IMG/VR virus record: IMGVR_UViG_3300032087_002150
Coordinates: 64,001 to 128,000 of that record
Length of the DNA: 64,000 nucleotides
From: a virus
Reading direction: 5' to 3' (one strand)
The notes under the pieces are model-generated. The model did not search any database. It was given only the letters and a program-made list of their open reading frames with translations, and was not told the DNA's origin. Below, one piece after another: positions 25,922 through 35,958 of this stretch (positions within the stretch are counted from its first letter, which is position 1; every line of letters starts with the position of its first letter). The position numbers and the translations under genes were made by a program.

Positions 25922-27636
25922 GCTGCTATCTTCGAGAAGTTTTTATCTTTAACGAACTCAATCTTAGAGTCGAACTTACCCTCAAGCATTTCACCTTTGT
26001 GTGAAATGATAAACACATTGGTATCTTCGCCGAGAGTATGAATAATCTTCATTAGGTTTTCGATACCTGCTTCATCTAGCGATGAGTCGAACGTCTCATC
26101 AAGGATGAGAAGATTAGTACTGATACTGTTCTTCATCTTAGCAACCTGTCGCCAAGTAAACAAGAGCGCCAAGTCGATACGTTGCTTCTCGCCCTCAGAG
26201 AAAGAGTCATAGGTAAACGAATCACGGTGGCGCGATCGTATAGTTTCTTGGAAACTTTCGTTAAGGTCAAAGTGAACATAGAAGTCTAGGATAGACAGAT
26301 ACTGATTGACGAGCTTGTTGATAACAGGCAAGTATTGTTTTACGATTTTAGTTTTGATGCCAGTATCCTTCAGCATCTCTGCTATCACACTGTTGTATGC
26401 TGCTGTATCATTTAGTTTATTTCTAGTGTCCATCAACTCATGGTATTCTTTTACTAGAACATCATAATCGTCGTTCGCCTTAGCAAGATCTGATTTATCA
26501 TCGGACAAGTTTTCAATGTCGTACTCAGCAATCTGTATTTCCGAGTTACACTTGTTAATCAAATCTTGATGCGTTTGTATCTCGTTTCTCCATTCTTGAT
26601 TCTGACTTGACCTAGACTCGCCTTCAGCAAGACGCTCGGTTACTTCTGCTGTTTCCTCTGTGATTTTAGCAAGAGATGATTGAAACTCTGTTGCTGTGAC
26701 TTTTGCTTGCTCGATTTTCCCTCTTTTGAGTTGCTCGTCGATGTCTTGCTCACAGGTGGGGCAGGTCTGGTTGTTCTCATAGAATCGTGTTTCCTTGACT
26801 AATGCTTTGATTTTAGTTTTTATTTCAGTATTGGCAGATTGAAGATCGACCAAAGCAGATCTCGCTTGAGTGAGTTCTTCTTCTAATCCTATACTGTTCC
26901 CAGAGATTTTATCAGTCAGTTCTGTGATGCTATTAATATGTGATTCTTTCTCATCCTTGTATCGTTGGATGAGTTCTTCTTTTTCCTGTTTAGCATCATG
27001 ATTGAGTTTAGAGATATCGCGAATGTATTTCTTTTGTGCTTCAGTTTTGGTTTCGTTAATCTCAATGTCATGGTATGCTTGATTAATCTTTTCTTTCAAT
27101 GCTGAGTTTCGTTCTTTCAGCAACGCATTCATCTTAGAGAACACGCCGATATCAAGTAGATCTTCGATCACTTCCCTACGGTTGAACGCAGACAGTTGCA
27201 TAAATGGAGTGAAGGAAGAAGAACCAAGTACCACTACCTGATGAAATGTTTTATGGGTCAACTTCAGAATATTCTGCTCTAGGACTTTTTGATATTCTTT
27301 GTTGTGAGAGTTTTGATTGAGCAGAGTACCGTCAACATATATCTCAAACTTCGCAGGTTTTAATCCACGAAACACCCTGTACTTTTTAGCACCGATAGTA
27401 AACTCCACCTCTACTTCACACTTCTTATCGTTGACCGAGTTGACCAGTTGTGGTTTATTTATGTTTCTGTGCGCTTTGCCGAACAATGCGAACGAGATAG
27501 CATCGAGCATAGTTGATTTACCCGAACCGTTTTGTCCAACAACTAATGTGTGTTTGCTCGCATCTAAACTTATATCCGTCCAGTTGTTACCAGTGGACAA
27601 AAAGTTTTTGTATCTAACCGATGTGAAATATATCAT
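25918..27636 (-). CDS. 46: Recombination endonuclease ATPase subunit (gp46)
   Basis: GQNGSGKST, CPTC zinc hook, FSEGEKQRIDL, LILDETFD, ISH. Confidence 0.97.
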   Translation of the reverse strand: MIYFTSVRYKNFLSTGNNWTDISLDASKHTLVVGQNGSGKSTMLDAISFALFGKAHRNINKPQLVNSVNDKKCEVEVEFTIGAKKYRVFRGLKPAKFEIYVDGTLLNQNSHNKEYQKVLEQNILKLTHKTFHQVVVLGSSSFTPFMQLSAFNRREVIEDLLDIGVFSKMNALLKERNSALKEKINQAYHDIEINETKTEAQKKYIRDISKLNHDAKQEKEELIQRYKDEKESHINSITELTDKISGNSIGLEEELTQARSALVDLQSANTEIKTKIKALVKETRFYENNQTCPTCEQDIDEQLKRGKIEQAKVTATEFQSSLAKITEETAEVTERLAEGESRSSQNQEWRNEIQTHQDLINKCNSEIQIAEYDIENLSDDKSDLAKANDDYDVLVKEYHELMDTRNKLNDTAAYNSVIAEMLKDTGIKTKIVKQYLPVINKLVNQYLSILDFYVHFDLNESFQETIRSRHRDSFTYDSFSEGEKQRIDLALLFTWRQVAKMKNSISTNLLILDETFDSSLDEAGIENLMKIIHTLGEDTNVFIISHKGEMLEGKFDSKIEFVKDKNFSKIAA

Positions 27637-27887
27637 AAGACAGGGAACCTTTCTATCAGATCATAGAACCCACCAATGAGTTCATCGTCAACCCAAACAA
27701 TTGGTAAGGGTTTATCACTAACCCAATATTTTGCGACTTCTTCCGGAGGATTTTTTGCCATTCCAATATCAAACTTTAGAAACTTGTATTCTATTTCTAA
27801 AAGTCTACAGTGCATTTCGCAACGTTTTGACCAAGCACAAATATCCTCACCAAATGGGCCAGTCATGCCAACTATTACAACCATCAA
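27633..27887 (-). CDS. Glutaredoxin-like protein
   Basis: CAWS, P.VWVDDELIGGF.DL. Confidence 0.65.
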   Translation of the reverse strand: MMVVIVGMTGPFGEDICAWSKRCEMHCRLLEIEYKFLKFDIGMAKNPPEEVAKYWVSDKPLPIVWVDDELIGGFYDLIERFPVL

Positions 27888-28945
27888 GAGATTTCCATAG
27901 TTTGCGCTTCTACCATCAAGTCTGTCATTTCTTTCTTGATACGTTCTTTATCTAAGATAGTTTCAACGTTGTCAACATACTGTGATAGCAAAGTAGATGT
28001 ATCTTCAACTTCAAGTCCTTCGTCGCTTACCGACTCACCAGTAAACTCATTGAAGTCCTCTTGTATTTTAAGATCATAGATATCGCGTTGCTGAATCCTG
28101 TCGATGAATCTCTCGAAAGTAAACCCATCGGTCTTATTAATCACAACAACCTTCACGAACCTCTTGTCCAGTATGGACAAGTCCATCTCGTTGTAATCTT
28201 CCTTCTCATCATCATAGCGAATGCGATGGAAAAGTGTCAGCGGATTACGAACAGGAGTTAGTTCGCGAGTCTCAGTATCAAACACATGAAAGAACTTGTC
28301 ATCATGTGCATCATTCCAAAAGAACTCCATCTGAGAACCAAGGTAATGAATGTTGCCTTGATTAGACTTACAGTGATAATGTCCAGAGAGTACCAACTCA
28401 AACCTGCGTAGATTATCAGTAGACATACCGTGAGTACAAGGCACGCCCCGAAGCATATCAAACCCATTCAACTCAAAGTGACCGCCTACAACATCTGCCT
28501 TACAGTTTACTAGAAACTCATTTATTTCTTCCTCATTGTCTTGGCATATCCAAGGAACCAAAGCAAACTTCAACCCATCATAATCAAGGACAGTTGCTTG
28601 TTGTACAATGTTCACCTCGTTCATGTAATGACCGAGCAGTTCCTTCAATGAGTTGAGTTCGTTGGTATTCTTATAATAGGTGTCATGATTACCAGGAATG
28701 ATGTCCATCGTAATCTTATCTTTACGCAACCTTTCAAGAAACACCTTACGATTACTGTTCAGTGCTTTGAAGTTAATGAACCTTCGGTGTTCGTAATAGT
28801 CACCAAGGTGCACGATATGTTTGATGTCGTTCTCTTCCAGATATGGAAAGAACACTTCGTTATAGAAGCGTTCTTGGTAATCTATAAAAATATCTGAAGA
28901 GTTCCTGATACCACAATGGGTATCGTTTAGTATGGCAAACTTCAA
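27884..28945 (-). CDS. 47: Recombination endonuclease nuclease subunit (gp47)
   Basis: NDTH.G.R, HLGD, GNHD, GHF, SGHYH. Confidence 0.97.
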   Translation of the reverse strand: MKFAILNDTHCGIRNSSDIFIDYQERFYNEVFFPYLEENDIKHIVHLGDYYEHRRFINFKALNSNRKVFLERLRKDKITMDIIPGNHDTYYKNTNELNSLKELLGHYMNEVNIVQQATVLDYDGLKFALVPWICQDNEEEINEFLVNCKADVVGGHFELNGFDMLRGVPCTHGMSTDNLRRFELVLSGHYHCKSNQGNIHYLGSQMEFFWNDAHDDKFFHVFDTETRELTPVRNPLTLFHRIRYDDEKEDYNEMDLSILDKRFVKVVVINKTDGFTFERFIDRIQQRDIYDLKIQEDFNEFTGESVSDEGLEVEDTSTLLSQYVDNVETILDKERIKKEMTDLMVEAQTMEIS

Positions 28946-28947
28946 AA

Positions 28948-29544
28948 CTATTCCTCTAGGAATTCTGTGAGGTCTGAGTCAACTTGATATGATTTTTTAC
29001 GATTAGCGACCTTGGTCACTTTCTTATACTCATCAACTGCTTTGTCTTTTTCTTTCACGTCATCAATGCGGCGACGAAGATTATCAACAAAGGACTGCAC
29101 TGCTTTTGCTACTTGCGGATCTTCGTCAGGGTCAACCATAAACTCTTCGATGCCTGACTCAGCAAGGAACTTTAGTTTTACGTCTTGTTGTTTCTTTTCT
29201 TTCTTGATACGACGAATGAACGCAAACCAAGAGATCTGAGTAAAGTATCCGAATGCGTTTGGTTTACCCTTTCTAGTTGCTGCTTCAATGTTGTAGTTCC
29301 CCACAGCATTCAAACAGTTTTCAACTGCGTCCATCACCATTTCTTCACGATAGGTGTATCGGACAAAGTTTGATTTATGCGAAAGACCTTCAGCAATTTT
29401 TAGAAAGCAGCGAGCAATGTAATCGGTAACCATCGGATCGGGTTGATTCTTTTCCCTCGCCTCTCTAACGGTCTTTACATAATCTACGACTGCTTGTGAA
29501 AACTCTTTGTTATTCACATAATGTGGACGTTCGCTCGGTTTCAT
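28948..29544 (-). CDS. 55: Late transcription sigma factor (gp55)
   Basis: HYVNNKEF, IA..LS.K.NF..YTYREEMV.D.VENC, NAF.YFTQI...AF.RRIKKEKKQ. Confidence 0.95.
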   Translation of the reverse strand: MKPSERPHYVNNKEFSQAVVDYVKTVREAREKNQPDPMVTDYIARCFLKIAEGLSHKSNFVRYTYREEMVMDAVENCLNAVGNYNIEAATRKGKPNAFGYFTQISWFAFIRRIKKEKKQQDVKLKFLAESGIEEFMVDPDEDPQVAKAVQSFVDNLRRRIDDVKEKDKAVDEYKKVTKVANRKKSYQVDSDLTEFLEE

Positions 29545-29572
29545 AATAACTCCAAAAAATACAACAAATAAT

Positions 29573-29601
29573 ATTGTACTCTAAAATGATTGAAATGTCA
29601 A
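29573..29601 (-). promoter_or_regulatory. Sigma70-type promoter for gp55
   Basis: TTGACA-N17-TACAAT. Confidence 0.75.
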
Positions 29602-29987
29602 TCTTTTGGTTTAAACGTGACTACATTGTTTTCGAGAGGAGTTTTGGGTACTGGTTCGCCGTTACCCAATGCCTCTTGAATAGTCTTACAAGAAGTTAGA
29701 TACTGATCTATGAGAGAATCTGCTGGTGTGCAAAGGCAGACTACTGATATTGGGTTTACTGCGCAATGAGTTTCTAAGTTTTCAGTGTATGCAATAAACG
29801 GTTTCATCACATAATAGTTTCTTCCCTCAATAACTTCAAGGTCGTCATAATCAAGATCATCCAGTTCGTTAACAGTTACCGCATAGTTCAACGTAAAAGA
29901 ATTTTCATCTTGCTCAATCATTTGAGCAATGACGACGTCCCCTGTATTGAGAAGGAATTGCCCGATAGAAGGTCTACTGATATTCAT
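29598..29987 (-). CDS. Conserved hypothetical protein (Sm-like fold tentative)
   Basis: QF.L.TGD.VIA; syntenic position between uvsW and gp55. Confidence 0.6.
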   Translation of the reverse strand: MNISRPSIGQFLLNTGDVVIAQMIEQDENSFTLNYAVTVNELDDLDYDDLEVIEGRNYYVMKPFIAYTENLETHCAVNPISVVCLCTPADSLIDQYLTSCKTIQEALGNGEPVPKTPLENNVVTFKPKD

Positions 29988-31447
29988 ATATGCACCTTGT
30001 GTAGTTCAAAGTCAAACTTCTCTCTATTGTAGATCTTGATCCGCTCGCCTGAGTGATTCAAAGTGAAGTTCTTTTTCGACTGCCATTGTAAGTCGTCGCA
30101 GAGATCATAGAGTTTTGTGTCTTGACCATTGTCTGCTTTTCTAAGTCCTCTACCGATTGACTGTAGAACTTTGACTTGTGATTTAGATGGACTTGCAAAA
30201 ATAATGTTATGGAGGTTCCTAATGTTAATACCAGTAGAAAAAGTGCCAAGACTTGCAACGATGATAGCATTTTTTGATCCCTCTACGATTCCCCGTATTG
30301 ATTCTCTATCCGAAACGTCAGTACCGCCATGTACATAGAAAACACTGTCAAACTTTTCTTTTATTAACTTATGGAGCACTTCACCATGCTTCTCAACAAA
30401 CTGAAAGAGAACTAGAGTGTTGCCTGTTTGAGTCAATGCGAGATTGCGTATCAAATTGTTTCTAGGTTCATATCCAACAAGGAAGTCCACTTCTTCCTGA
30501 TAAGTTCTCCCTACATTCATTCTACGCAGTTCTTTCGGATAGTCAAGAACTAATACATCTATTTTTAGTTTAGCGAGAGTGCCCTGATCTTGTAGGTCGC
30601 GAGTGAAGGTCACTCTCTTGGTTGGTCCGAATAATCCCTCAAGCACAAGTTTATTCACCTGAGTTCCGTCGAGCGTTCCTGTTGTACCAAACCTATAATC
30701 TGCCTCGAGGCATTTATTCATCAGGGTTGTTAATGACTTCGCCTTAAATAAGTGACACTCGTCGCCAAACACACAACCGAACTGCTCGAACCATTCTTTG
30801 CCCAAGCGATAGACTGACTGCCAAGTTGTGATGACTACCCTCTTGTCAGTCTTTTTATCTTTGCCTGAGTATATGATATGACATTCCTCAGGAGAGTCGA
30901 ATCCATAGTCCTCAAAGTCCTTGTACATCTGCTCAACCAACGATGTTGTTGGCACGACTATTAGTACCGACTTCTCATGTTGATCAAGATACCAACGCAT
31001 TAGGTTATAGATTATGAACGACTTACCAGAACCTGTCGGTGACAGCAAGAGGCAGCGTTTGCGTTCTATACCGTGTACGATAGCATCATACTGATAGTCG
31101 CGAGGAGCGAAAGGCATTCCCCACATTGCTTGAGAAGCAACTAACTTCTGATGATCCACCTTGTTAGTTGCATTGGGTAGACCGTAGGGACTGTCCTTCA
31201 ACTGTATATGGTAGTGACGATCTGCTGCGAACCTACAAAGTTTCGTATACAATCCAACGTTGAGTTCACAAGTCAGCGAGTTGAACAAACGAATCTTACC
31301 GTCCCACTGTCTGCGCCGCACAGCAGGCATAAACTTAGCACCAGGAACGTTGAATGAAAAATACTCACTCAGCTCGTGCCGAACTCCTGGTTCGCAGAGA
31401 ACTGCCATCATAGAATGGTTCTGCATTTGAAGAGTGAGTGTTGCCAC
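29984..31447 (-). CDS. uvsW: UvsW helicase
   Basis: PRDYQ, SPTGSGKS, DECH, GTTGT, QSIGRGLR. Confidence 0.96.
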   Translation of the reverse strand: MATLTLQMQNHSMMAVLCEPGVRHELSEYFSFNVPGAKFMPAVRRRQWDGKIRLFNSLTCELNVGLYTKLCRFAADRHYHIQLKDSPYGLPNATNKVDHQKLVASQAMWGMPFAPRDYQYDAIVHGIERKRCLLLSPTGSGKSFIIYNLMRWYLDQHEKSVLIVVPTTSLVEQMYKDFEDYGFDSPEECHIIYSGKDKKTDKRVVITTWQSVYRLGKEWFEQFGCVFGDECHLFKAKSLTTLMNKCLEADYRFGTTGTLDGTQVNKLVLEGLFGPTKRVTFTRDLQDQGTLAKLKIDVLVLDYPKELRRMNVGRTYQEEVDFLVGYEPRNNLIRNLALTQTGNTLVLFQFVEKHGEVLHKLIKEKFDSVFYVHGGTDVSDRESIRGIVEGSKNAIIVASLGTFSTGINIRNLHNIIFASPSKSQVKVLQSIGRGLRKADNGQDTKLYDLCDDLQWQSKKNFTLNHSGERIKIYNREKFDFELHKVHI

Positions 31448-31626
31448 TAGATACCGTAGATGTCTTTTCTAAAATCTTCACTTTTACCAAACTGCGCTGC
31501 TGCTTCTTCTTTCGCTTTCGCTAGAACGATAGGCGAGTTTGGCTTACGTTTCGCTCGATAAGAACCATGCGAACTTAACTTTGCTCTCTTTCTAACTTTC
31601 AGACTGACTTTCATCGTCTTCGACAT
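31447..31626 (-). CDS. Small basic hypothetical protein
   Basis: MSKTMKVSLKVRKRAKLSSHGSYRAKRKPNSP...; in strand with neighbours. Confidence 0.55.
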   Translation of the reverse strand: MSKTMKVSLKVRKRAKLSSHGSYRAKRKPNSPIVLAKAKEEAAAQFGKSEDFRKDIYGI

Positions 31627-31972
31627 ATCGCTTCCACACTCCATCTGTTGTCAATTTAAAACATGCTATAAAAAAATCAGGGCGAGTGTTACTCGTCCAT
31701 TCTTCAGGGGCAATCATACTCATAACATCTTGCCCTTTATTATTGTACAGATAATACTTCTTCCCAATGATGGGAGTAACGCCGATAGCAGCATTCTCCA
31801 CACGTGTAGTATCTTGTACCAGTTTCACAAGAGCATCATACTCCTCTTGTAACTTTTCTATCCTGCCTTCTATATATTGGTTTCCCTTCAGTGGGTTGCC
31901 ATGGTCAACGATAGCAGGAAAAGAAGGTGTCGTACCATAAGCGAGCAGAGATTTTTTATCCCCCTGACTCAA
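31592..31972 (-). CDS. DUF2452-like protein
   Basis: LAYGT.PS.PAI...P.IGKKYYLY...SMIAPEEW...F.L..DGVW. Confidence 0.65.
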   Translation of the reverse strand: MSQGDKKSLLAYGTTPSFPAIVDHGNPLKGNQYIEGRIEKLQEEYDALVKLVQDTTRVENAAIGVTPIIGKKYYLYNNKGQDVMSMIAPEEWTSNTRPDFFIACFKLTTDGVWKRYVEDDESQSES

Positions 31973-32396
31973 ACCTTCGTACCTCTATGATATTTCGAAT
32001 GTGTTGATGACGCCACTTTATACCCTCTACCATTTCCTTCAACGCATCAACCATTGCTTTATAGTAAGCAATCTTTTGCTCGCTCTGCTGTATCTCTTTA
32101 TCACTGTCATAATAATAACTGAGATCGCCTTTCATAATCTTCAAACCATCGAAAGGATCATGTTCCCACCCAAGCGAGTTTATTTCTTCTTGAGACAGTT
32201 TTCCGTTATACCAAAGGAACTTATTCTTCAACAACACTTGTTGATTCGATTCCGCTCTCTTCAATAGAAGTTTCGCTTGGGTCAAATAACCCAGATACTT
32301 TGCGTGTAGTTTTGGTGTGTCACGAGAACAATCATCTAACTTATGGGATATCTCACAATCTTGCGACCATTGCGCAAGAATATCATCAAGATTCAT
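31956..32396 (-). CDS. uvsY: UvsY recombination mediator
   Basis: W..D..I...PKLHAKYL...WYNGK...D.EI...WR...IRN.IE.RRFESG. Confidence 0.88.
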   Translation of the reverse strand: MNLDDILAQWSQDCEISHKLDDCSRDTPKLHAKYLGYLTQAKLLLKRAESNQQVLLKNKFLWYNGKLSQEEINSLGWEHDPFDGLKIMKGDLSYYYDSDKEIQQSEQKIAYYKAMVDALKEMVEGIKWRHQHIRNIIEVRRFESGG

Positions 32397-32399
32397 ACT

Positions 32400-32918
32400 T
32401 TACTCTATTTCAAAATAACTAAACCTGAAACTCGCTGGGAAACTGACATACTCAACTCCTTGGTTCTGCGCCTCAAACTGAATGTCGCCGATAGCAACTG
32501 GGATACAGTCTCTATACTTAAACAGTTTGTTTTTATTGTTCGCGCTGTTGAGTGCAGTGATTACTATGTCAGCATATGTTGGTGTAGTGCTACTTGATCC
32601 ACCAAAGTCATTTCTCTTGGCGATCTGTTCATTGTTAACCAACCTTAACATCCAATCATACAACTCAGTGTAGGAGTTTAAATCCTCATCTAACAACACG
32701 TTCATCGTCAGTTCGCCGTACTGCATTTGGTTTCCTGGCATAGGAACACCTGCTATACGTTGGTATGGTGTTTCAGCTGCTGGGTTTGATGCTCCAGGAT
32801 GATTGATAGATTGTACGAAAAACTCAAGATTCGCATAATTCTGACGATCAATGATGACCCGAAACCCAGTCGGTTGAAAAAGGTTGATGTTGGTTGTTAA
32901 ATTGTTGGACATGTACAC
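32400..32918 (-). CDS. 3: Tail completion / tube terminator (gp3-like)
   Basis: P.GFR..I...LEFFVQS.N.PG...YGEL....LLDEDL.SY.E.Y.WM...F.FSYFEI. Confidence 0.8.
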   Translation of the reverse strand: MYMSNNLTTNINLFQPTGFRVIIDRQNYANLEFFVQSINHPGASNPAAETPYQRIAGVPMPGNQMQYGELTMNVLLDEDLNSYTELYDWMLRLVNNEQIAKRNDFGGSSSTTPTYADIVITALNSANNKNKLFKYRDCIPVAIGDIQFEAQNQGVEYVSFPASFRFSYFEIE

Positions 32919-32937
32919 TTTCCCTATTGAAAGGTCT

Positions 32938-32966
32938 ATTCTATACTATTTAGGCATAAAAGTCAA
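32938..32966 (-). promoter_or_regulatory. Nested sigma70 and late promoters
   Basis: TTGACT-N17-TAGAAT with CTAAATA (32947-32953) inside the spacer. Confidence 0.6.
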
Positions 32967-32974
32967 TAGGGTAT

Positions 32975-32998
32975 AAAAAATGCCCCAAAAGGGGCATT
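32975..32998 (-). terminator. Rho-independent terminator
   Basis: TGCCCC-TTTT-GGGGCA followed by a T-run. Confidence 0.7.
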
Positions 32999-33016
32999 CT
33001 CTCTCAAGATAAAAGT

Positions 33017-33412
33017 TTATCCTGCTGGACATACTGATGCGTCGTCAGATGCATCAAACTTCTCGTCACCGCAACCATAAGTACGGTCGTTGTTCGTGTC
33101 ACAAGCACGTTCCCATGCCTGATCAGCAAACGAGTAACCAAACTCATAGAGCACATGTGCTTTACACCACTCGTGCGAACCAACAGGGTTGGGGTTAGGA
33201 GTTGGTTCTGGGCGATCTACCTTCTCAGTTGGCCACTGCTTTTTAAACTGCACTGACTTTGAGTATGGGTGATAAGACCAAAGGTTTGGTTGCTTAGAAA
33301 CGAAAATGTATTCGTCGTCAGCAACAGTGTAGACATCACCGTTATCATAAGTGATGGTATGAGCGTGTGCCAAGATGGGCAGGCACAATAAGAAAAGAAT
33401 AATATTTTTCAT
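33017..33412 (-). CDS. Secreted/periplasmic hypothetical protein
   Basis: Signal peptide MKNIILFLLCLPILAHA; four Cys in the C-terminal half; late promoter TATAAGTA at 33463-33470. Confidence 0.65.
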   Translation of the reverse strand: MKNIILFLLCLPILAHAHTITYDNGDVYTVADDEYIFVSKQPNLWSYHPYSKSVQFKKQWPTEKVDRPEPTPNPNPVGSHEWCKAHVLYEFGYSFADQAWERACDTNNDRTYGCGDEKFDASDDASVCPAG

Positions 33413-33475
33413 ATCATCTCCAAGTTTGTTTCGAAACAAAATGCAACCTCATGTTGCAGTATTACTTATACAAAT

Positions 33476-33499
33476 AAAAAAGGGGGACCGAAGTCCCCC
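33476..33499 (-). terminator. Terminator after gp23
   Basis: GGGGGAC-TTCG-GTCCCCC-TTTTTT. Confidence 0.88.
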
Positions 33500-33544
33500 C
33501 ACACAAATACCGATTTTTATTATTATTGTTCGGTATACCGTATC

Positions 33545-34885
33545 TTAGGCAGAAACCATCAGGTTGTCTACACGGAAGATGCGGTAGTATTGGTTGGTCT
33601 TAGCAGAAGCGAGACCATCAGCAGGTGAGTTACCTACGAATGGGTTAGACGCCATGCCATAACGAGTCTTAAACCCGATACGTGGCTGGAAGTCGTTCTC
33701 GCCGACAGCGCGAACCATCTGGAGTGGTACATATGGGCAGTAGAATACACCTGCGTCATATGGGTTAGTGCCCTTGTAACCAACAGTTACATAGTCAGCA
33801 ACCGCATATGGGTCGATGTAGATGCGCATACGACCGTTCAGAACACCAGCAAAAGTGTTACCAGTGTCGTCAACTTCCAGAGAAGTGCTCAGAGCAGGAG
33901 CGTAGTCAAGCATACCAGAAGCAGCGAGAGCAGTAGCAACATCAGAAGATACGATTGCTACGTTACCCTTACCACGACGAGTTTCTTTAGCGATAGTGTT
34001 CGCTTCACGATCCAGTTGAACCAGCAGACCCTTGAACTTCTCAACAGACCAACGACCATCAGCGTCCGTAGACAGGTCGAAGATACCGTTGGTAGCAGTG
34101 TTAGCAGTCAGTGCACCAGTCTTCGCTTGGCTGTTGATAGTACGGATAACTTCGCGGTTGATTTCAGCAAGGATTTCTACTGAAAGGATGTTAGCGAGTT
34201 CCGCTTCAGCGTCAAGACCGTGGATTGCTTTCAGGTCTTGAGCGAGTTCGATGGTGTACTCTGCCTTCAGCGCACGTGACTTAGCAGTTACAGTCGCCTT
34301 CTCGATGGTGAAACCCATCTCGTTGAAGTCAGAAACACCGCCAGTGCCGAGTGCTTCAGCGTCAGCAGTTGGCATACCGCCACCAATGCTTGGACCAGAG
34401 CGGTCGTCATTGATAGTGCTGTCGCCGTTTGAGTCAGTTACACCGTCAAGACCAGAAGGACCAGCAGTGTGAGTCGTAGAAGAGTCACCAGAGTATGGTA
34501 CAACTGCTTCGTTGAACAATGCTTCTTGATCTACAGTAGTGCCAGAAGCTGCTGACTTGTAGCGAGACTTCATAGCGAAGATCAGACCAGTAGGACCAGA
34601 CATTGGTTGAACACCACATACGTCGTATGCCATCAGGTTAGGCATAGCGCGACGAACGAGCGAGATCAATACTGGGTTCCAGTTGTCAGCACTTGAAGTA
34701 TTGTTAGCAGCAGCAGCTTCGTTCAAGAAAGATGACTGAGCACCTTCAGCGCGCATTGCTGCTTCTTGGTTTTCAAGAATAGCAGCAGTTACTTTGCGAC
34801 GATAAGCATCTTTGATGTCGCCTGCTGATTCTTCGTTAAGTACTGGTGCCCACTTCTGCACCAGTGATTCGTAGTTCAAATCCAT
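33545..34885 (-). CDS. 23: Major capsid protein (gp23)
   Basis: LISLVRRAMPNLMAYDVCGVQPMSGPTGLIFAM, SRALKAEYTIELAQDLKAIHGLDAE, FQPRIGFKTRYG. Confidence 0.99.
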   Translation of the reverse strand: MDLNYESLVQKWAPVLNEESAGDIKDAYRRKVTAAILENQEAAMRAEGAQSSFLNEAAAANNTSSADNWNPVLISLVRRAMPNLMAYDVCGVQPMSGPTGLIFAMKSRYKSAASGTTVDQEALFNEAVVPYSGDSSTTHTAGPSGLDGVTDSNGDSTINDDRSGPSIGGGMPTADAEALGTGGVSDFNEMGFTIEKATVTAKSRALKAEYTIELAQDLKAIHGLDAEAELANILSVEILAEINREVIRTINSQAKTGALTANTATNGIFDLSTDADGRWSVEKFKGLLVQLDREANTIAKETRRGKGNVAIVSSDVATALAASGMLDYAPALSTSLEVDDTGNTFAGVLNGRMRIYIDPYAVADYVTVGYKGTNPYDAGVFYCPYVPLQMVRAVGENDFQPRIGFKTRYGMASNPFVGNSPADGLASAKTNQYYRIFRVDNLMVSA

Positions 34886-34913
34886 TTTTATTTCTCCTTA
34901 TGGGTAATATGGA

Positions 34914-35945
34914 TTAAGATCGATTGATTTTTCGCATGGCGTTGAGGTAAGATTCCATTGAAGGAGCAACTTCTTCAGAAACAACGTCGCCGTCAGTTTC
35001 TTCGACAATCTCTTCTTCGGTTTCTACCGTCGCCTTAGCAAAGAATGACTCTTTGATAGTAGCAACTTTGGACGCAAACTGTTCAGCGTCATCAAAGTCA
35101 ACACCTTCTACCAGAGAGTAGAACTTCTCTTTCTGAGTATCAGCGAGTTCAGATGCTGCTTCGGCAACGATTGCTGCACGCTTCAGACCTTCAACTTCTT
35201 CACTCAGAGAAATCGCATCAGCAGTGGTCTTGTTGAGAGCTTCTTCGAGTTCTTCAACTTGATCTGCCAAATCGTCAACGAGGTCAACCTTGGATTCTGG
35301 CACGTCGATGTAAGACTCAGTGAAGAGGTTCTTCAACCCTTCCATGAAGTTCTCAGCAATCTCAGCACGCAGACCAGTTTGGATAGCGACTTTGTTGTCT
35401 TCCATCCACTGCTCAACCACGTAGTTCAGGTAGGAATCAACCTTTTCAACCAACTCAGTCTTCTGCGCAGCAGTTTCCTCAGCGAGTTTTTCTTCGTAGG
35501 ATGATTCGATTCGCTCTACTTCTTCAGAGAGCTTTGATTTCAATGCTGCTTCAAAGATTACAGCAGTTTTTGCCTTAAACTCATCGCTGAGAGTGGCTTC
35601 AGACTCGACTAATGCTGCGAGTTCTTCAGAGTGAGTATCTGCTTCCGCAACTACTTCTTCCTCTTCCAACTCGACTTCTTCGCCCATCATCTTACCGTAT
35701 GCTGCTTGAAGGTCAACCTTCTTCATAGCATTCAACTTACCGTACATAGCATTAATCATACCTGCTTTGGTCTTTGGCATTGGTTCGCTGTTGCTCTTGT
35801 CACCCGTACGAGCAGGTGCTTTATCAGTTGCGTCTGCTGCCTTATCGACAGATGCTACTGATTGTGCTTCAGCGTTTTTCATATCATGCCCTTTTGCTTC
35901 CGCAACTTCCTGCTCATCGCGGAGTTCAATGTTTTGATCTTCCAT
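34914..35945 (-). CDS. 22: Prohead core scaffold (gp22)
   Basis: Acidic coiled coil; IFEAAL, VDSYLNYVVEQW; lies between gp21 and gp23. Confidence 0.92.
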   Translation of the reverse strand: MEDQNIELRDEQEVAEAKGHDMKNAEAQSVASVDKAADATDKAPARTGDKSNSEPMPKTKAGMINAMYGKLNAMKKVDLQAAYGKMMGEEVELEEEEVVAEADTHSEELAALVESEATLSDEFKAKTAVIFEAALKSKLSEEVERIESSYEEKLAEETAAQKTELVEKVDSYLNYVVEQWMEDNKVAIQTGLRAEIAENFMEGLKNLFTESYIDVPESKVDLVDDLADQVEELEEALNKTTADAISLSEEVEGLKRAAIVAEAASELADTQKEKFYSLVEGVDFDDAEQFASKVATIKESFFAKATVETEEEIVEETDGDVVSEEVAPSMESYLNAMRKINRS

Positions 35946-35958
35946 TGTGTTCTCCTTA

